Assembly: GCF_006345805.1 (NCBI RefSeq)
Contig: NC_043005.1
Location: 21,514,001-21,578,000, forward strand
Direction: 5' to 3'
DNA length: 64,000 bases
Source of the DNA: Octopus sinensis
Lineage: Eukaryota
The position numbers and the translations under genes are program-made. The notes under the pieces are model-generated. The model made no database searches, had not been told where the DNA came from, and saw nothing but the letters and a program-made list of their open reading frames with translations. Shown here in pieces: positions 49,810 through 61,810 of this stretch (positions within the stretch are counted from its first letter, which is position 1; each line of letters opens with the position of its first letter).

Positions 49810-49980
49810 TTTTTAAACACATTGACTGTGGAAATCCAAAAGAGATTGCCGGTGCAGCAAAGTCCTATGAAACCACCACCTATAAATCTGAAGTGACCTA
49901 TACTTGCCCAAAAGGAGAAAAACTAAAGTCAACATGTGAAAAGGACAAGAAATGGACTCCAATTGTGGAAATCTGTAAAG
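49810..49980 (+). CDS. Exon A5, Sushi/CCP-like domain
   Basis: tttcag|...aaag|gtaaca; 171 nt, phase 1-1; FKHIDCGNPKEIAGAAKSYETTTYKSEVTYTCPKGEKLKSTCEKDKKWTPIVEICK. Confidence 0.85.
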
Positions 49981-51230
49981 GTAACATAAATGGCTTATTT
50001 CTTGTTCTCTCTGCCTATGTAATTTTGTTTTAATTTTTTGTTAAATGCATTTGTCAGAGGAAGACTGACTGAATACATGACAAGTTCCTCACTGGTTATG
50101 GCTGTTGGTGGGAGAGAACTAGTTATCCTCAGACCAGATATCTCACAAATGCTTACAACAAAGTGGACATGGTCAATTCCACTGAAGGCCAAGGTAATGG
50201 TATTAAACTGGATGATGGATTAAGTCCACCAACCAAGAGCTGGAAGTATGGACAGTTTTTTTCTCTCCTACCCTCTTCAATATAGTTCACATCCACCAAA
50301 TTCTTCTTGAAAGCTTAGTTGTGAAGTGAATTTTTAATCATGCAGAAATAACTCTACCTTGTACCTTATGTTTAACAAGTAAACTTTACTACCTCCATAG
50401 CTATACTACAGCGCATCTTGATAGATTTTCTCTTAACTTCTAGCAAGAAATTTCTCTACCCTACTTTGTGCTACCATCCAGAACTCTGTAAATATAATGT
50501 CGGAGTTTTTCTTTACTAAAATATAGCAATCCCCTAATACAGACTTCTGATGCCCCTGTTATCTTTCATTCAACTACCTATAATTATAATACTACTAATA
50601 ACAATAATGGTTTCTGATTTAGGCACAAAGCAGTAGTTTTTAATGGATTGCATTTAGTCAAAACCTTGAACACTGCTAACTGCCTGGCACATTGTTTTAT
50701 TCATTCCCACAAGATTGAAAGCTCTTTGTTTAATTTGAACTGATGGACAAAAGAGCCTGATTACTTATTGTGATGCATTTCTTGTAATACTCTAATCAGT
50801 ATCCATCATCATCATCATCTTCATCATAATCAACAACATTATCATTATTAATATCATCATCTTTTAGCACCTGTTTTCTATGCTAGTAAGCATTCGACAG
50901 TTTGATAATATCCAGTGAACTGTAGAGCTGCATTAAGCCCAATCTTATCTTTGACATGGTTTAAGTGGCTGAATACCATTCCTCAGACTAACCACTTTAG
51001 AGGGTGTATTGGGTCCCTTTCCTTGTTACTAGTAAGGTCACCAATAACTTGTAACACAAAATAAAGGGAAAGCAAAAAGACCCCTCAGCTAGGTGAGAGT
51101 GTATTTGAGAGAGTGAGAGGTAGATTTGTGCCATGTATTGAAGGCTAAGGTATGAAAGAGTGACAAGCATAGGTGTCTTACTATAGAGGAGATACACTGC
51201 TACTCCATATTACGTGATGATGGGTAAGAG

Positions 51231-53000
51231 CAGGAGTGCCAAACTCAATCACACAGGGGACCAAAACTCAAAGCACACTTTAGATTGCAGGCCGAACATA
51301 ATAAACATTTATTGAACAGACTAAAACTTTTTGAACATGAACATGTATTGAAACAGATGGTATATAATTTTATTCCAAAAGTAAATTAACTTTAATTTAA
51401 ATTGCTTAAAATATTTTGCTCTGCATGAAAATATCTTTTGTCAATATTATAAAAATTTAAAATAAGAATATGTTGCAAAAAAACAAAAAGAAAATATAAA
51501 TAAAAAATTGTGCTTCTTAGTGAAAATTAAAATAATAAATCAAACTTTCTATTTTCTTTATCCAATTTTATCCAAGCTACATACTTGGCATCTTTTCTTG
51601 ACAACATGTACATTGATGTTTGGGGCAAGGTCCTGTGTTGTTGAGACTCATGGGATGGATTGCAGGCGTTCATCTGTGAGATGACTCCTATGTGACATTT
51701 TATTCATCTTCATCACAGAGAACAGCTGATAGCACAGATATGTGTTTCCAAACAAAACAGCGTTCAAGTTACATGTAAATGGAGCTGGGGCATTGTTTCA
51801 GGTATGAAGCAAGTGAACTGTATGGGTCCCACATTGTCATACTTTGTTTTTAATGTCCCATTACACTGCAGTTCTATCACCTCCATTTGAATCTGTACAG
51901 GTGCAGTTTCCACATTGACGGCAAATGGGTTGCGAAGCAGCTTGAAATTATTTTTCTGTGCTTCAAAGTCATTAAAGCACCATTCGAATTCAGTGTGGAG
52001 CACACTCAATTTATCAGCAAAGTGTTGCTTTGGGAATACCGTGGCACTGACTTGGCTCAACATTACTTGGCAACAGGGAAAGTGAGACAAATTTAATTAG
52101 TGCATTTGTGTCTCCCATAAGTGCAGTTTCACTTGAAATGCATTCACTACATCATACATTTCACAGATCATGTGATCCTGTCCCTGGAGCTGGATGTTTA
52201 AAACATTGAGATGTGTAGTTATGTCAACCAGAAATGCTAACTTGCATTTCCACTTTCCATCTCACAGAACTGTAGATTCTTTTCCTTTACTATCCATGAA
52301 CTGACATATCTCCTCAACTAGCTCAAAAACTATATTGAGGACCTTTACCTGACTGACCTACTTAACCTCCATATGATAAGGCGCATCACCGAACTCTGAA
52401 TGTATTTCCTGCAGGAAAGATTGCAATTGGCAGTGATTTAACCCTTTGGCTCAGATAAAATTTACAGTTTGTGTTACAGTGCTTGTTACATTTTTAAGGC
52501 TTTAGTGCACAGCGTTTCCTAGTGTATAATGCAGTGATATGTTGTCTGCTCATCAGTGTAGTTCTCTTCTTGCATCTTTAAACATATCCTAACCACTAGT
52601 CCACTTTTTTCACCACACATCACTGGTGCTCCATCTATTGTAAGTCCAACAATTTTGTCCCAAGGTGGTTTCATGTTGGTTACATTCTGGTAAATTTTTT
52701 CAAAATGTTCCTTTCCTGTTGTTGTCCTGGGCATCAATTTAATGTCCAAAATTTCCTCCATGATGAACAAATTGGAGTCCACTTCACAGATGAAGATAGC
52801 CAACTGTGCTGTATCAATTGTGTCTGTAGTGTCACCCATAACAAGAGAGCATGCAACAAAATCTTTTCCTTTTTCAATCAACTGTGTTTTCAAGTCAGTT
52901 GCCATCTCACACACCTGATCAGCAACCGTATTTCTGCTAATACTCACTTTAGCAAACAGTTGCTTCTTGTCTGGACACAAAACGTCAAACATTTTCATTA
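51231..53000 (-). mobile_element. hAT transposon (SPIN/GTF2IRD2-like transposase), 5'-truncated, decayed
   Basis: SRNTVADQV...DTTDTIDTAQLAIF...TIDGAPVM...HCIIH and FRNPF-like LRNPF. One terminus caggagtgccaaactc at 51231. Confidence 0.88.
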
Positions 53001-53366
53001 ATTCTCATCCACTCTAGCCATTTTTGCCACTCTCACATAATTTCCCTTGAAGATAGTACCTTCCGCTTCATCTTTAAATTCTTTACAAGTGAAATTTACA
53101 AATGCAGATGAGAGATTGATCAAAGAATAAAAACACTGTTGTCTGACCTTTCAGCCTCATCCACCACACAAACACAGAAATACTACCTTCCAGATAAAAA
53201 AAAGTGTGAAGCAATTATTCCACACATAACAACAGTTTTTTGACATAAATTCACAATGCAGCAGTGCTTGGGCACTGAATGAGTGCATACAAAATGATTT
53301 TGTTTTACTGCATACATCTGAAAGGGGTCAGTTTCCCAATGTTATTCCCCGAGGAAAAAGTTTTCC

Positions 53367-53663
53367 TGTTGTATAGTGAAACTGTATACTCTTTCCAATA
53401 AAAAGTGGTAGGAGACTACCATTATAAATAGACTAGCAGCCTGTTGTCATGAGAGGGTCGATAGCCAGAGAATTGAGTGTTGAAAGTTCTAGTTGGTGTT
53501 TGTGGAGCTGTCATTGATAGTAAGACAGAAGTTACTGTTCTGGAAGAAAGAGATGTAATGGTATCCGTTGACTAGTAACTATTGTGGCTACTAGCATGAA
53601 ACAGCAACTACAGTACAACAGCAGTCACACATCTCACCAGTGGGAGGAACCCACTTTACAACA
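53367..53663 (+). repeat. 5' LTR
   Basis: TGTTGTATAG...TTTACAACA. Confidence 0.92.
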
Positions 53664-56094
53664 GTGGGGACAAGGAAAAACAAATTTACACAGAGTGAAA
53701 AAAAAAAGGCATTCATACGGAGAGTTCAAACTAATTCACATGGAAATTAAACAAATCTTTGAAAAAAATGTCAGGATTGGATGGACGAAATGAAAATGTG
53801 TCTAGTTTTAAGAACACTAGTGACAGCAGAGCATGAGAAGTATAGTAACTTCATATTGCCAAAAAAAGTATCCGACATAAATTTCACCAATGCAGTTCAC
53901 ATTTTGTGTACTATGTTTAGTGAAAAGAACTCATTGATTAATACTAGATGGAAATGTTTAAACATAGAAAAGAGCAAAGACAAAGACTTCACTGCTTACA
54001 CTGGTAGAGTCAACAAAGAATATAAGAGATTTAGGCTGGATATGCTTACTCCAGATTCTTTCAAGTGCACAAAGATTGACGGATAAAAGAGATGCAGAAA
54101 TCCGAATGAAAATTCTAGCAAAACTAGAAATGAATTGGGATTTAACATGCAGAAACTGTCAGAAGAATGTGACATGATATTAAAATTAAGACATGACATA
54201 GAAGAAATTTAATGGAAAAAGTGTTTTCACACAAGTGTAAAAACGTCAGAAGACAAAGTGTTGCAGGAAAAACTGAAAAATATCAGGATGTAGACCCACG
54301 TATAGCATGTGGTGGGATGCATCTGAAAAAAGATTGTCCATATATAAAAGCAAAGTGTTTTTGCTGTTGGTTTACAGGACATATAGAATCACACTGCAAA
54401 CCTAGAATGATAGGAAAATAGAATAAAACAACAAAAAAATAATAGTTTGTCACCAGGAAATGTTGAGATTACAACAAACAGAAAATTCATGAATGTGAGA
54501 ATTGAAACCACTAGTGTCAGAATGCAATTAGACATGGGAAGTGACTTGACAATCATAAATGAGAAAACATGGCTAAACCAAAATTATGTAGTTCAAACAA
54601 AATAGCGTATGGTGTTACTGGAAGAAAATTATATTTCACAGGAAAACACGTTTGTAATATAATGTTCAAAGGTCAGACCAAAAAATGAATGCTTGTGTTG
54701 AAAAAAATCCATGAATTTATTTGGCACCAAATGTATGGAGGAATTTAATTTATGAGATTCATCCAGAAATGCTTTGTGCAATCAAACAAGGTCGATGAAC
54801 TGAAACAAAAAAAGTGATGTGGAACATCATGCATGAACTACCAGAAACTTTGGAAGAAATAAAAAGAAAACTGTGGTCAACAAAAGGAAATAAAGAAAGG
54901 TCTGATGCAAAGAACTGCCAAGATGTGAGCGTGTAATCTATATGTGATCAGAGGATGGTCATACCACAGACATTACAGAAGAGAATGCTAAAAGAGTTCC
55001 ATGTGGGACACCCCGGCATCTCTAGAATGAAAGCACTGATGCAAAGTTTTGTATACTGGCCAAGCATAGACAAGGAAGTTGAAAACCTGGTAAAATGCTG
55101 CAGAGGATGTGCACTGGCAGCAAAACGACCTACTATAAAATGCGAACCTTGGCTGGAAGTGAAAATACCATGTTCTTGATTGCATATCGATTTTGCAGAC
55201 CCTGTAAAGGGATACTATAACTTAGTATTAGTGGTCAACTACACAAAATGGCCTGAGCTTGTGAGGTATAAATGACCAACCTCATATACAATAATAAACT
55301 TCTTACATGAGTTGTTTGTAAGATTTGGTGTACCAGTTACTTTTGGTGTACAGAGTATTTGGTGTACTCTGTCTCTGATAGCAGAACAGAGTTTGTATCC
55401 TGTGAGTTCAAAAGATTCTACAAGATGTTCACATTAGAACATAAAACTATAGCACTGTATCACCCTAGATAGAATGGAAGGGCCGAACAGTTTGTGAACA
55501 CTTTTAAGAGGGCTTTAAAGAGAGCTAATAAGGAAGCCATGGACGAGGTCATGATCCAACAATTCTTCAAGGTATACAGGGTAACTCTGAACCCAAATGT
55601 ATCAGAAGGAAGTTCACCAGCAGAATTAATATTTGCCAGAAAGGTGAAGTCAGTATTCAATAAACTGTTACCAGTGAAGAAAAAGATACATACTAGTAAA
55701 GACATGTTAAAATTCTTTAGAATTGGTGATAATGTATATGTAAGAATGTACAAAAATGGCAAGAAATATTGGGAAAAAGGAGAAATTGTAACATACATAG
55801 GGAGAATGATGCATGGTGTTAGAAGCAGAAATGGAATGGAAAGGAGACAGAAATCGGCTTAAGGAAAGAATCATAGAAAAGGAAACAACAAAAGTAGAAA
55901 TATGGATGGACTGGCTATATGAAACTTCAGGCTCCAACACTGTTACAAGAAGTCGAAGCCACATATACAAAAAAAGAAAGAACACTGAATTCCTAAAAGT
56001 AGATCCTAAGAAGAAAAGATATTGAGTATATAAAAAAAAGAGGAGGTGGGGGTGAGAAAAATTGATTGCTAAATATAATTATTAAAAGGGGAGA

Positions 56095-56396
56095 TGTTGT
56101 ATAGTGAAATTGTATACTCCTCACAGTAAAAAGTGGTAGGAGTCTGCCATTATAAATAGACCAGTAGCCAGTCATCGAGAGAGGGTCAAAGAGTTGAGAG
56201 TCAACAGTTCTAGTCGGTGTCTTGTGAAGTGACCAGCGATAGTAAGACAGAAGAAGTTAGTGTATTGCTATTCCAGTATGCAGAGATACAATGGCATCCA
56301 ATGACTAGTAACTATTGTCACTACTAGCATAAAACAGCGACTATGAAACAATGGCAGTCACATGTCACACCAATGTGAGGAACCCACTTTACAATA
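56095..56396 (+). repeat. 3' LTR
   Basis: TGTTGTATAG...TTTACAATA; 9 mismatches to the 5' LTR in the first 75 nt. Confidence 0.92.
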
Positions 56397-57600
56397 CTTC
56401 CCAAACAAACTTACTAGTTCATTGTCATCAATGACCAAAACAACCCTGAGAATGTCATTGCTTTATCCCACCATTAGCTCTCAATAGATTGCTATAGTGG
56501 AACTTCCACCTATCCAATTGCCTAGATTATGTTTGATCCTGCATACTGTATCTTTAGAAATCCTTTGGATGAAATTACATAATATGAAATACTCTTTCTA
56601 AAGATGGCTGGGAATAATTGACAGAAGTTTTGTCAATATTTCTAACATATTGGGCATCTACACAGGGATTCCACAGTAAGTGTTGAACTTAATATTACAA
56701 GCTAACAGATCTGACACAGCTTATTCTCTGATACATGACACTTCAGGTGGTCTTAGTGATGGTGGTAAACAATAGTTGGTTACTGTTTATATATTTATTA
56801 CAATATCAAGCATTCATATTGACTTGCAATTGCCCATGTTGAACATGAACCACAGGAATCTCACAAACATAGAAAGGAGAGTGGCCACAAAATTTCATGA
56901 CATAACTGTTTCTGTCAAGATATATAAATACTATCTCATTGTACTCAATTCTATATTCCTTGTTTAGGCACATGGCCAAATATATTTAGAGAAAACAATG
57001 AGATTGTGTGACTTCATGGGCACTAACTGTCTTTATAAAATGAAGTATGTTGCGCTGAGGATCATTGACTTGCATCACTTAATTCCTATATATACTAAAA
57101 GAATACTCATGGCAAAATATTTAGAGTCAATTCTTGCATGGAAAACAAATAGCAAAGTGACTACTCATTAAACCAAAATATTATAATTAATTAATGATTC
57201 ACCCATAGAGAGGAAGAAGAAAATTATTATGTTAACATTTTAATTTGGTTGTGAAATTCAGAAGAGAAAGCCTTGTGAAAGTAATCACTTTTTTTTAATC
57301 TCATTAAAAGTAAAAGCACTAGATGGTGATGGATGAGAAATTATTTTTGCTATTCCAAGCAAAACTTTGCTATATAGTAAAGTGGTGAGTTACATCCTTT
57401 TACATTCTATATAGTAAAGTGGTGAGTTACATCCTTTTACATCCTTTTACATTATCATGAAATGTGATACTGGTCCGATGTAGAAGCCAATTTCATTGAT
57501 CAATTCCTACCTAAGTTTTGACTTATTTTCTATGATGGTAAATTATTATAGTTGTTGATGATGTTATTGTTTATTGGTTTAAATTTTTCTTTAACTCTAG

Positions 57601-57840
57601 ATCCTCAGATCCATTTTGTGAAAGTAAAAGGTGCTGCTCTGGATGTACCAGGGAAGATATTGTGGAAGAAGAAAAATGTAACAACAAAAGCCTGTGCAGA
57701 AAAATGTTTGTCAGACAAAAAATGTCTATCATTTGAAATAAATAAAGAAATGGGAAAGTGTTTCTTATCAAAGCAAGCTGCAAGTTCCTCCAAGAATATG
57801 AAAACAGACTCAAGAAAAGATTACTACCAACGAGTAGAAT
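57601..57840 (+). CDS. Exon B4, PAN/Apple-like domain
   Basis: ctctag|atcctcag...gaat|gtaatt; 240 nt, phase 1-1; CAEKCLSDKKCLSFEINKEMGKCFLS...KDYYQRVE. Confidence 0.87.
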
Positions 57841-59989
57841 GTAATTATTCTTTGTATTTTATTATTGAAATTATCCTCTCCTCTTCTTATGAAATTTGAT
57901 TCCATTTGAATTGCTTGGAATACTTATGGACAACTATTTCTGTAAAGACATTGATAGGTTCATCTATAAGACTAAACATAGACATGTTCCTGTAAAAGAA
58001 AAGCAATATTAAGAACTATAAATACTCCTAAGACATTGTCATACAGCATTTGTTCACATTGAACATTTCTATGGATGTTTTCAGTTGTATTTTGTGTGTG
58101 TGTGTGTCTGTGTGCATGTGTGTCAGAAAAGAATATCTTGTTCTCTTAAACCCGATTAGTTTTAGTAGAGGTAGAAGCAGTCATTGTGGATTTTCTTCAT
58201 CTCTCCATGTTGACATGGCTTTGACAGTACTGTTAGAACACATTGTCTCATCTCTAGTTGATGTGCTACATAATCTAATATATGGAATAGCAGAAAAAGT
58301 AATACCAAGCTATGTAGTTGTGTATTTCCTATATTTTCATATGGTTATATAGCAAAATGCTCTTCCTATCACCAACCATAATACCACATGAAAGAGTACA
58401 TTTTCCCATACATCTAGAATCAGAGTAGTTGTCTGCAAGGACAAAAAGAATCCTTTCTACTTAAAGAACAACACAGCAAGCAAAATCACTCAGTGCAGCT
58501 CAAGGATTTTGTCCTTTCCTGTTGAAATTCTTTGCTGAAATCCTGGACATAAGAAGAAATTTGCAAGTTTTAGTGATCCAGTATTCAAATATTCATGGTT
58601 GCCAGGATGTCATTGCTTATGATCAAACTTTCTAGCTCAAAAATAAAAGGTGGGATCCATTTCTCTGAATATTTATGTGGAACTTTAACTGAGCTGAAGT
58701 TGCGGATTTCACTCCAATATTTATTCTTGGCACTCTCAAGAAGTTCAAGCACATTCCCAGATCAGGTTTATACATAGGTAAAATTCCAGCAATTTCAATA
58801 ATATGAACAGCTATGACATGAAAAGGTTTAGCAAGAAATTGACATGAATCTTCAAAGAGTTCGATATAACCATAAGAATTACTACCAATCTAACTATGTT
58901 CAACATGGTGGACATTACCTTAGAACTGAAGTCTGGTATCAGACAAGAAATGTTCTTACAAAAAGCCTGATAAGAAAATCAGACATCTTCATAGGAATTT
59001 GAACTCCTTCTTCCAAGCTATAATAAAACATTACAAAAAGAATCTCCAGTTCATCCTCAAATAGAGATATTTGTGACAGCATCCAATGCTAGCTGCTAGC
59101 TAGGTTGGATTTAGTGAGAAGTTAGTTCAGCCTCCATATCCAAAAATATTTAGAAAGCAGATAGCTTGATTTAGTTATCCTTCAAACTAAATATCTCCAT
59201 GAACATAACAAGGAATTTTTGTCCTCCAGTTGACATTTCCCAGGCATGCATAAGTATCTCATGCTATTTAATGCATATAGTGTTAAGTTTTGTTACTCCT
59301 GTCTAGACACAACATCCAGCATTGTAAGCTACAGTAGGAATAGCATACATTTATATAACCTTTATTGCAAACATCACCTTGTGTTTGTCAAAATCATCCC
59401 ACATCTCTACTGAAAGAATTCTGCCTGTTTATGACAGAGTTCATAGAACAACCTTCACTCCACCTGATGAATTACCAATGAATTGCATGGGACTCATACC
59501 CATTGACTTCTAGGGGAGTTTCGTTCAGCATATATACCCTTTCAAGTTCAAATATAGGAAAAGGTCCACTGCTCTTGCTCTGTTTTATCTGGGAAGTTCA
59601 GGAACAGGGAAATGATCTTCCCATATAAACCTCAGGTATACTCACCAAACCAACTTCCTTAGCAAAAGGTAGTCATTTTTTCTCTGCCTAGGCCACAGAA
59701 AGCACATACATATGTGTATACATGTACAAAGAGAGGTGCTTGAATATCTATTTATATGTACACACATAGGTATCTGTGCATCTATGTAGGTGTGCAGTTA
59801 TGTATTCATCCATGCATGCACTGATATATATGTGTGACTTTTCAATAATCTTACAGTGTGGGCCAGACCATAGTTCTTGAACAATTTCAAATACATACAT
59901 ATATACACATGTATACACAGACACACACATACTAATACATACTTACATATATAAGCATATGTAAACATTCAAAAAGTATGTACATCTCT

Positions 59990-60600
59990 GTACATACTCT
60001 TAAAATCAGTATCAAAACACTTATGTCATATTCTGGCCAGCTCCTGGAAAGCATTACTTTGAATCACTCTTGACAATCAACTATCAGTCTCTTCAAGCTT
60101 TAGGGAGATTCACTGACCTTGGGAGTACACGGTCAAAAAGTCTTCACAGTCAGGAACAAGTGAATGCAAAGGCTGCAAAATGCAATTCTGCCTTTAGACA
60201 TGTTTGAAATAAGTTTTGACTATGACGACAAAACTTGATTAATACACAGTTATAGTTGTCACTACATTATTTTATGGATGTCAGACCAGAGCAATTTATC
60301 ATTTGGAAAAAATTCCAAACATTATTGTGCAAGAGAAGGCTAATATGTCAAGTACGTATGCTTTTCTAAGTATATTCCAACTCTGTAGAAGTGAACATGT
60401 AGCATTCTTGACGCCAGACTTTCATACATATGGTAGAACAAAAGAGACAAAGACACTGTCAAGACAATTTGAAAAAGTGTAACTTAGAACAATCTGTTGG
60501 GGGAACATTTTACTCCAAGAAGCTCACTGAAACAGTGCTGTGTATATGGGGTTGAAGCACTTAAAATCAGAAATGATCAGAGAAATTATTTTGTGGTCCC
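59990..60600 (+). mobile_element. Decayed RTE (BovB-like) RT C-terminal fragment
   Basis: FTDLGS...VNAKAAK and IVVTTLFYGCQT in broken frames, resembling FxYLGS and TTLLYGCET. Confidence 0.5.
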
Positions 60601-60914
60601 ACATTAACTGTGGGTTTTATGCCACTGTTGGGTCTTATATACAACAGCAAATCACACAAAGAGTAAAGTTGTAAATTTGGTCGTCTTCTTAGGCATGCAG
60701 AATAAACATCACTTAAATACATACATAATTACACACACACATATATGCTTATCTATATACATATGCATATATATATATATGTATGTATATATATATATAT
60801 TAACAATTGAGGATAAAATCTTTAAAAGAAATTATCAGTAGTCAGCGTGAAAAAACCTCGTAAGAGAAAAAATCCGTAAATTCTTCCTCTTTGAAAATAT
60901 TCATTTATATTTTT

Positions 60915-61216
60915 ATTTTATATTGAGGGTACTACTATTCGTAGATACCAACACGCTAAGAGGGACCAATGCGGTCAAAACTACTAAATAAACAAACTTT
61001 TACCGAATGCAAAACTTCAAAACACATCATTTTAAAACAGAATTCAGTTACATATCACATGCGAAATCACATGTGATATGTAACTGAATTCTTTTTTAAA
61101 ATGATGTGTTTTGAAGTTTTGCATTCGGTAAAATTTTGTTTATTTAGTAGTTTTGACCGCATTGGTCCCTCTTAGCGTGTTGGTATCTACGAATAGTAGT
61201 ACCCTCAATATAAAAT
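60915..61216. repeat. Near-perfect palindrome (~147-bp arms, 8-nt loop)
   Basis: attttatattgagggt...catatcacatg-cgaaatca-catgtgatatg...accctcaatataaaat; I counted two arm mismatches. Confidence 0.95.
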
Positions 61217-61218
61217 TA

Positions 61219-61269
<51 letters not shown>

Positions 61270-61396
61270 TACATACCTACATACATATATATATATATAT
61301 ATACACATGCATATTCTGGCACACATACAAAATACATACTGACATATATAAGTATATATAAACATTCAAAATTACATCTCTGTACATACTCTTACA

Positions 61397-61610
61397 TACA
61401 GGGGTTGGACAAAATAATGGAAACACCTAGCATCATAGCATCATAATTTTGAAATCTCTATAAAACCATCAAAAGCTTGTTTATTTTTATGTTTTTTTGA
61501 TTTATTATTAGTGTTGATTAATATGTTTTGCAAAAACATATTAAGAATGAACAGTAAAGGTATACTAGTAAATAAATAAATAGATAAATATGTAAATAAT
61601 GAAATCCCGA
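61397..61610. mobile_element. Tc1-like terminal fragment
   Basis: ta|caggggttggacaaaataatggaaacacc, a Tc1-type terminus with no partner found. Confidence 0.5.
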
Positions 61611-61810
61611 AGCATACATAGGAACTAAATATTTATACTGGTTTTTATCTTATTTCCCATTATGATATACATAATATCCACTACACTAGATGCCAGCTAA
61701 CTGCACACACAAGATAGACAGACAGACAGATATATATATATGTATGTGTGTGTGTGTGTGTGTGTGTATACACACACAAACACATTCATTTATATATAAA
61801 CATGTATATA

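Larger units (their letters stand above)
53367..56396 (+). mobile_element. Ty3/Gypsy LTR retrotransposon lacking RT/RNase H (gag-PR-INT remnants)
   Basis: Two ~300-bp LTRs; PBS-like gtggggacaagg; PPT aaaaggggaga; TSD tttcc/cttcc; knuckles CGGMHLKKDC and CFCCWFTGHIESHC; LDMGSDLTII; HVGHPG...CRGC; NGRAEQFVNTFKR. Confidence 0.92.

Noticed and set aside
19613-57608. Nearby alternative acceptors (atcctcag in B2 and B4, tttacag in A4)
   Set aside because: They shift the start by 8 or 7 nt, out of frame; there is no evidence of use.
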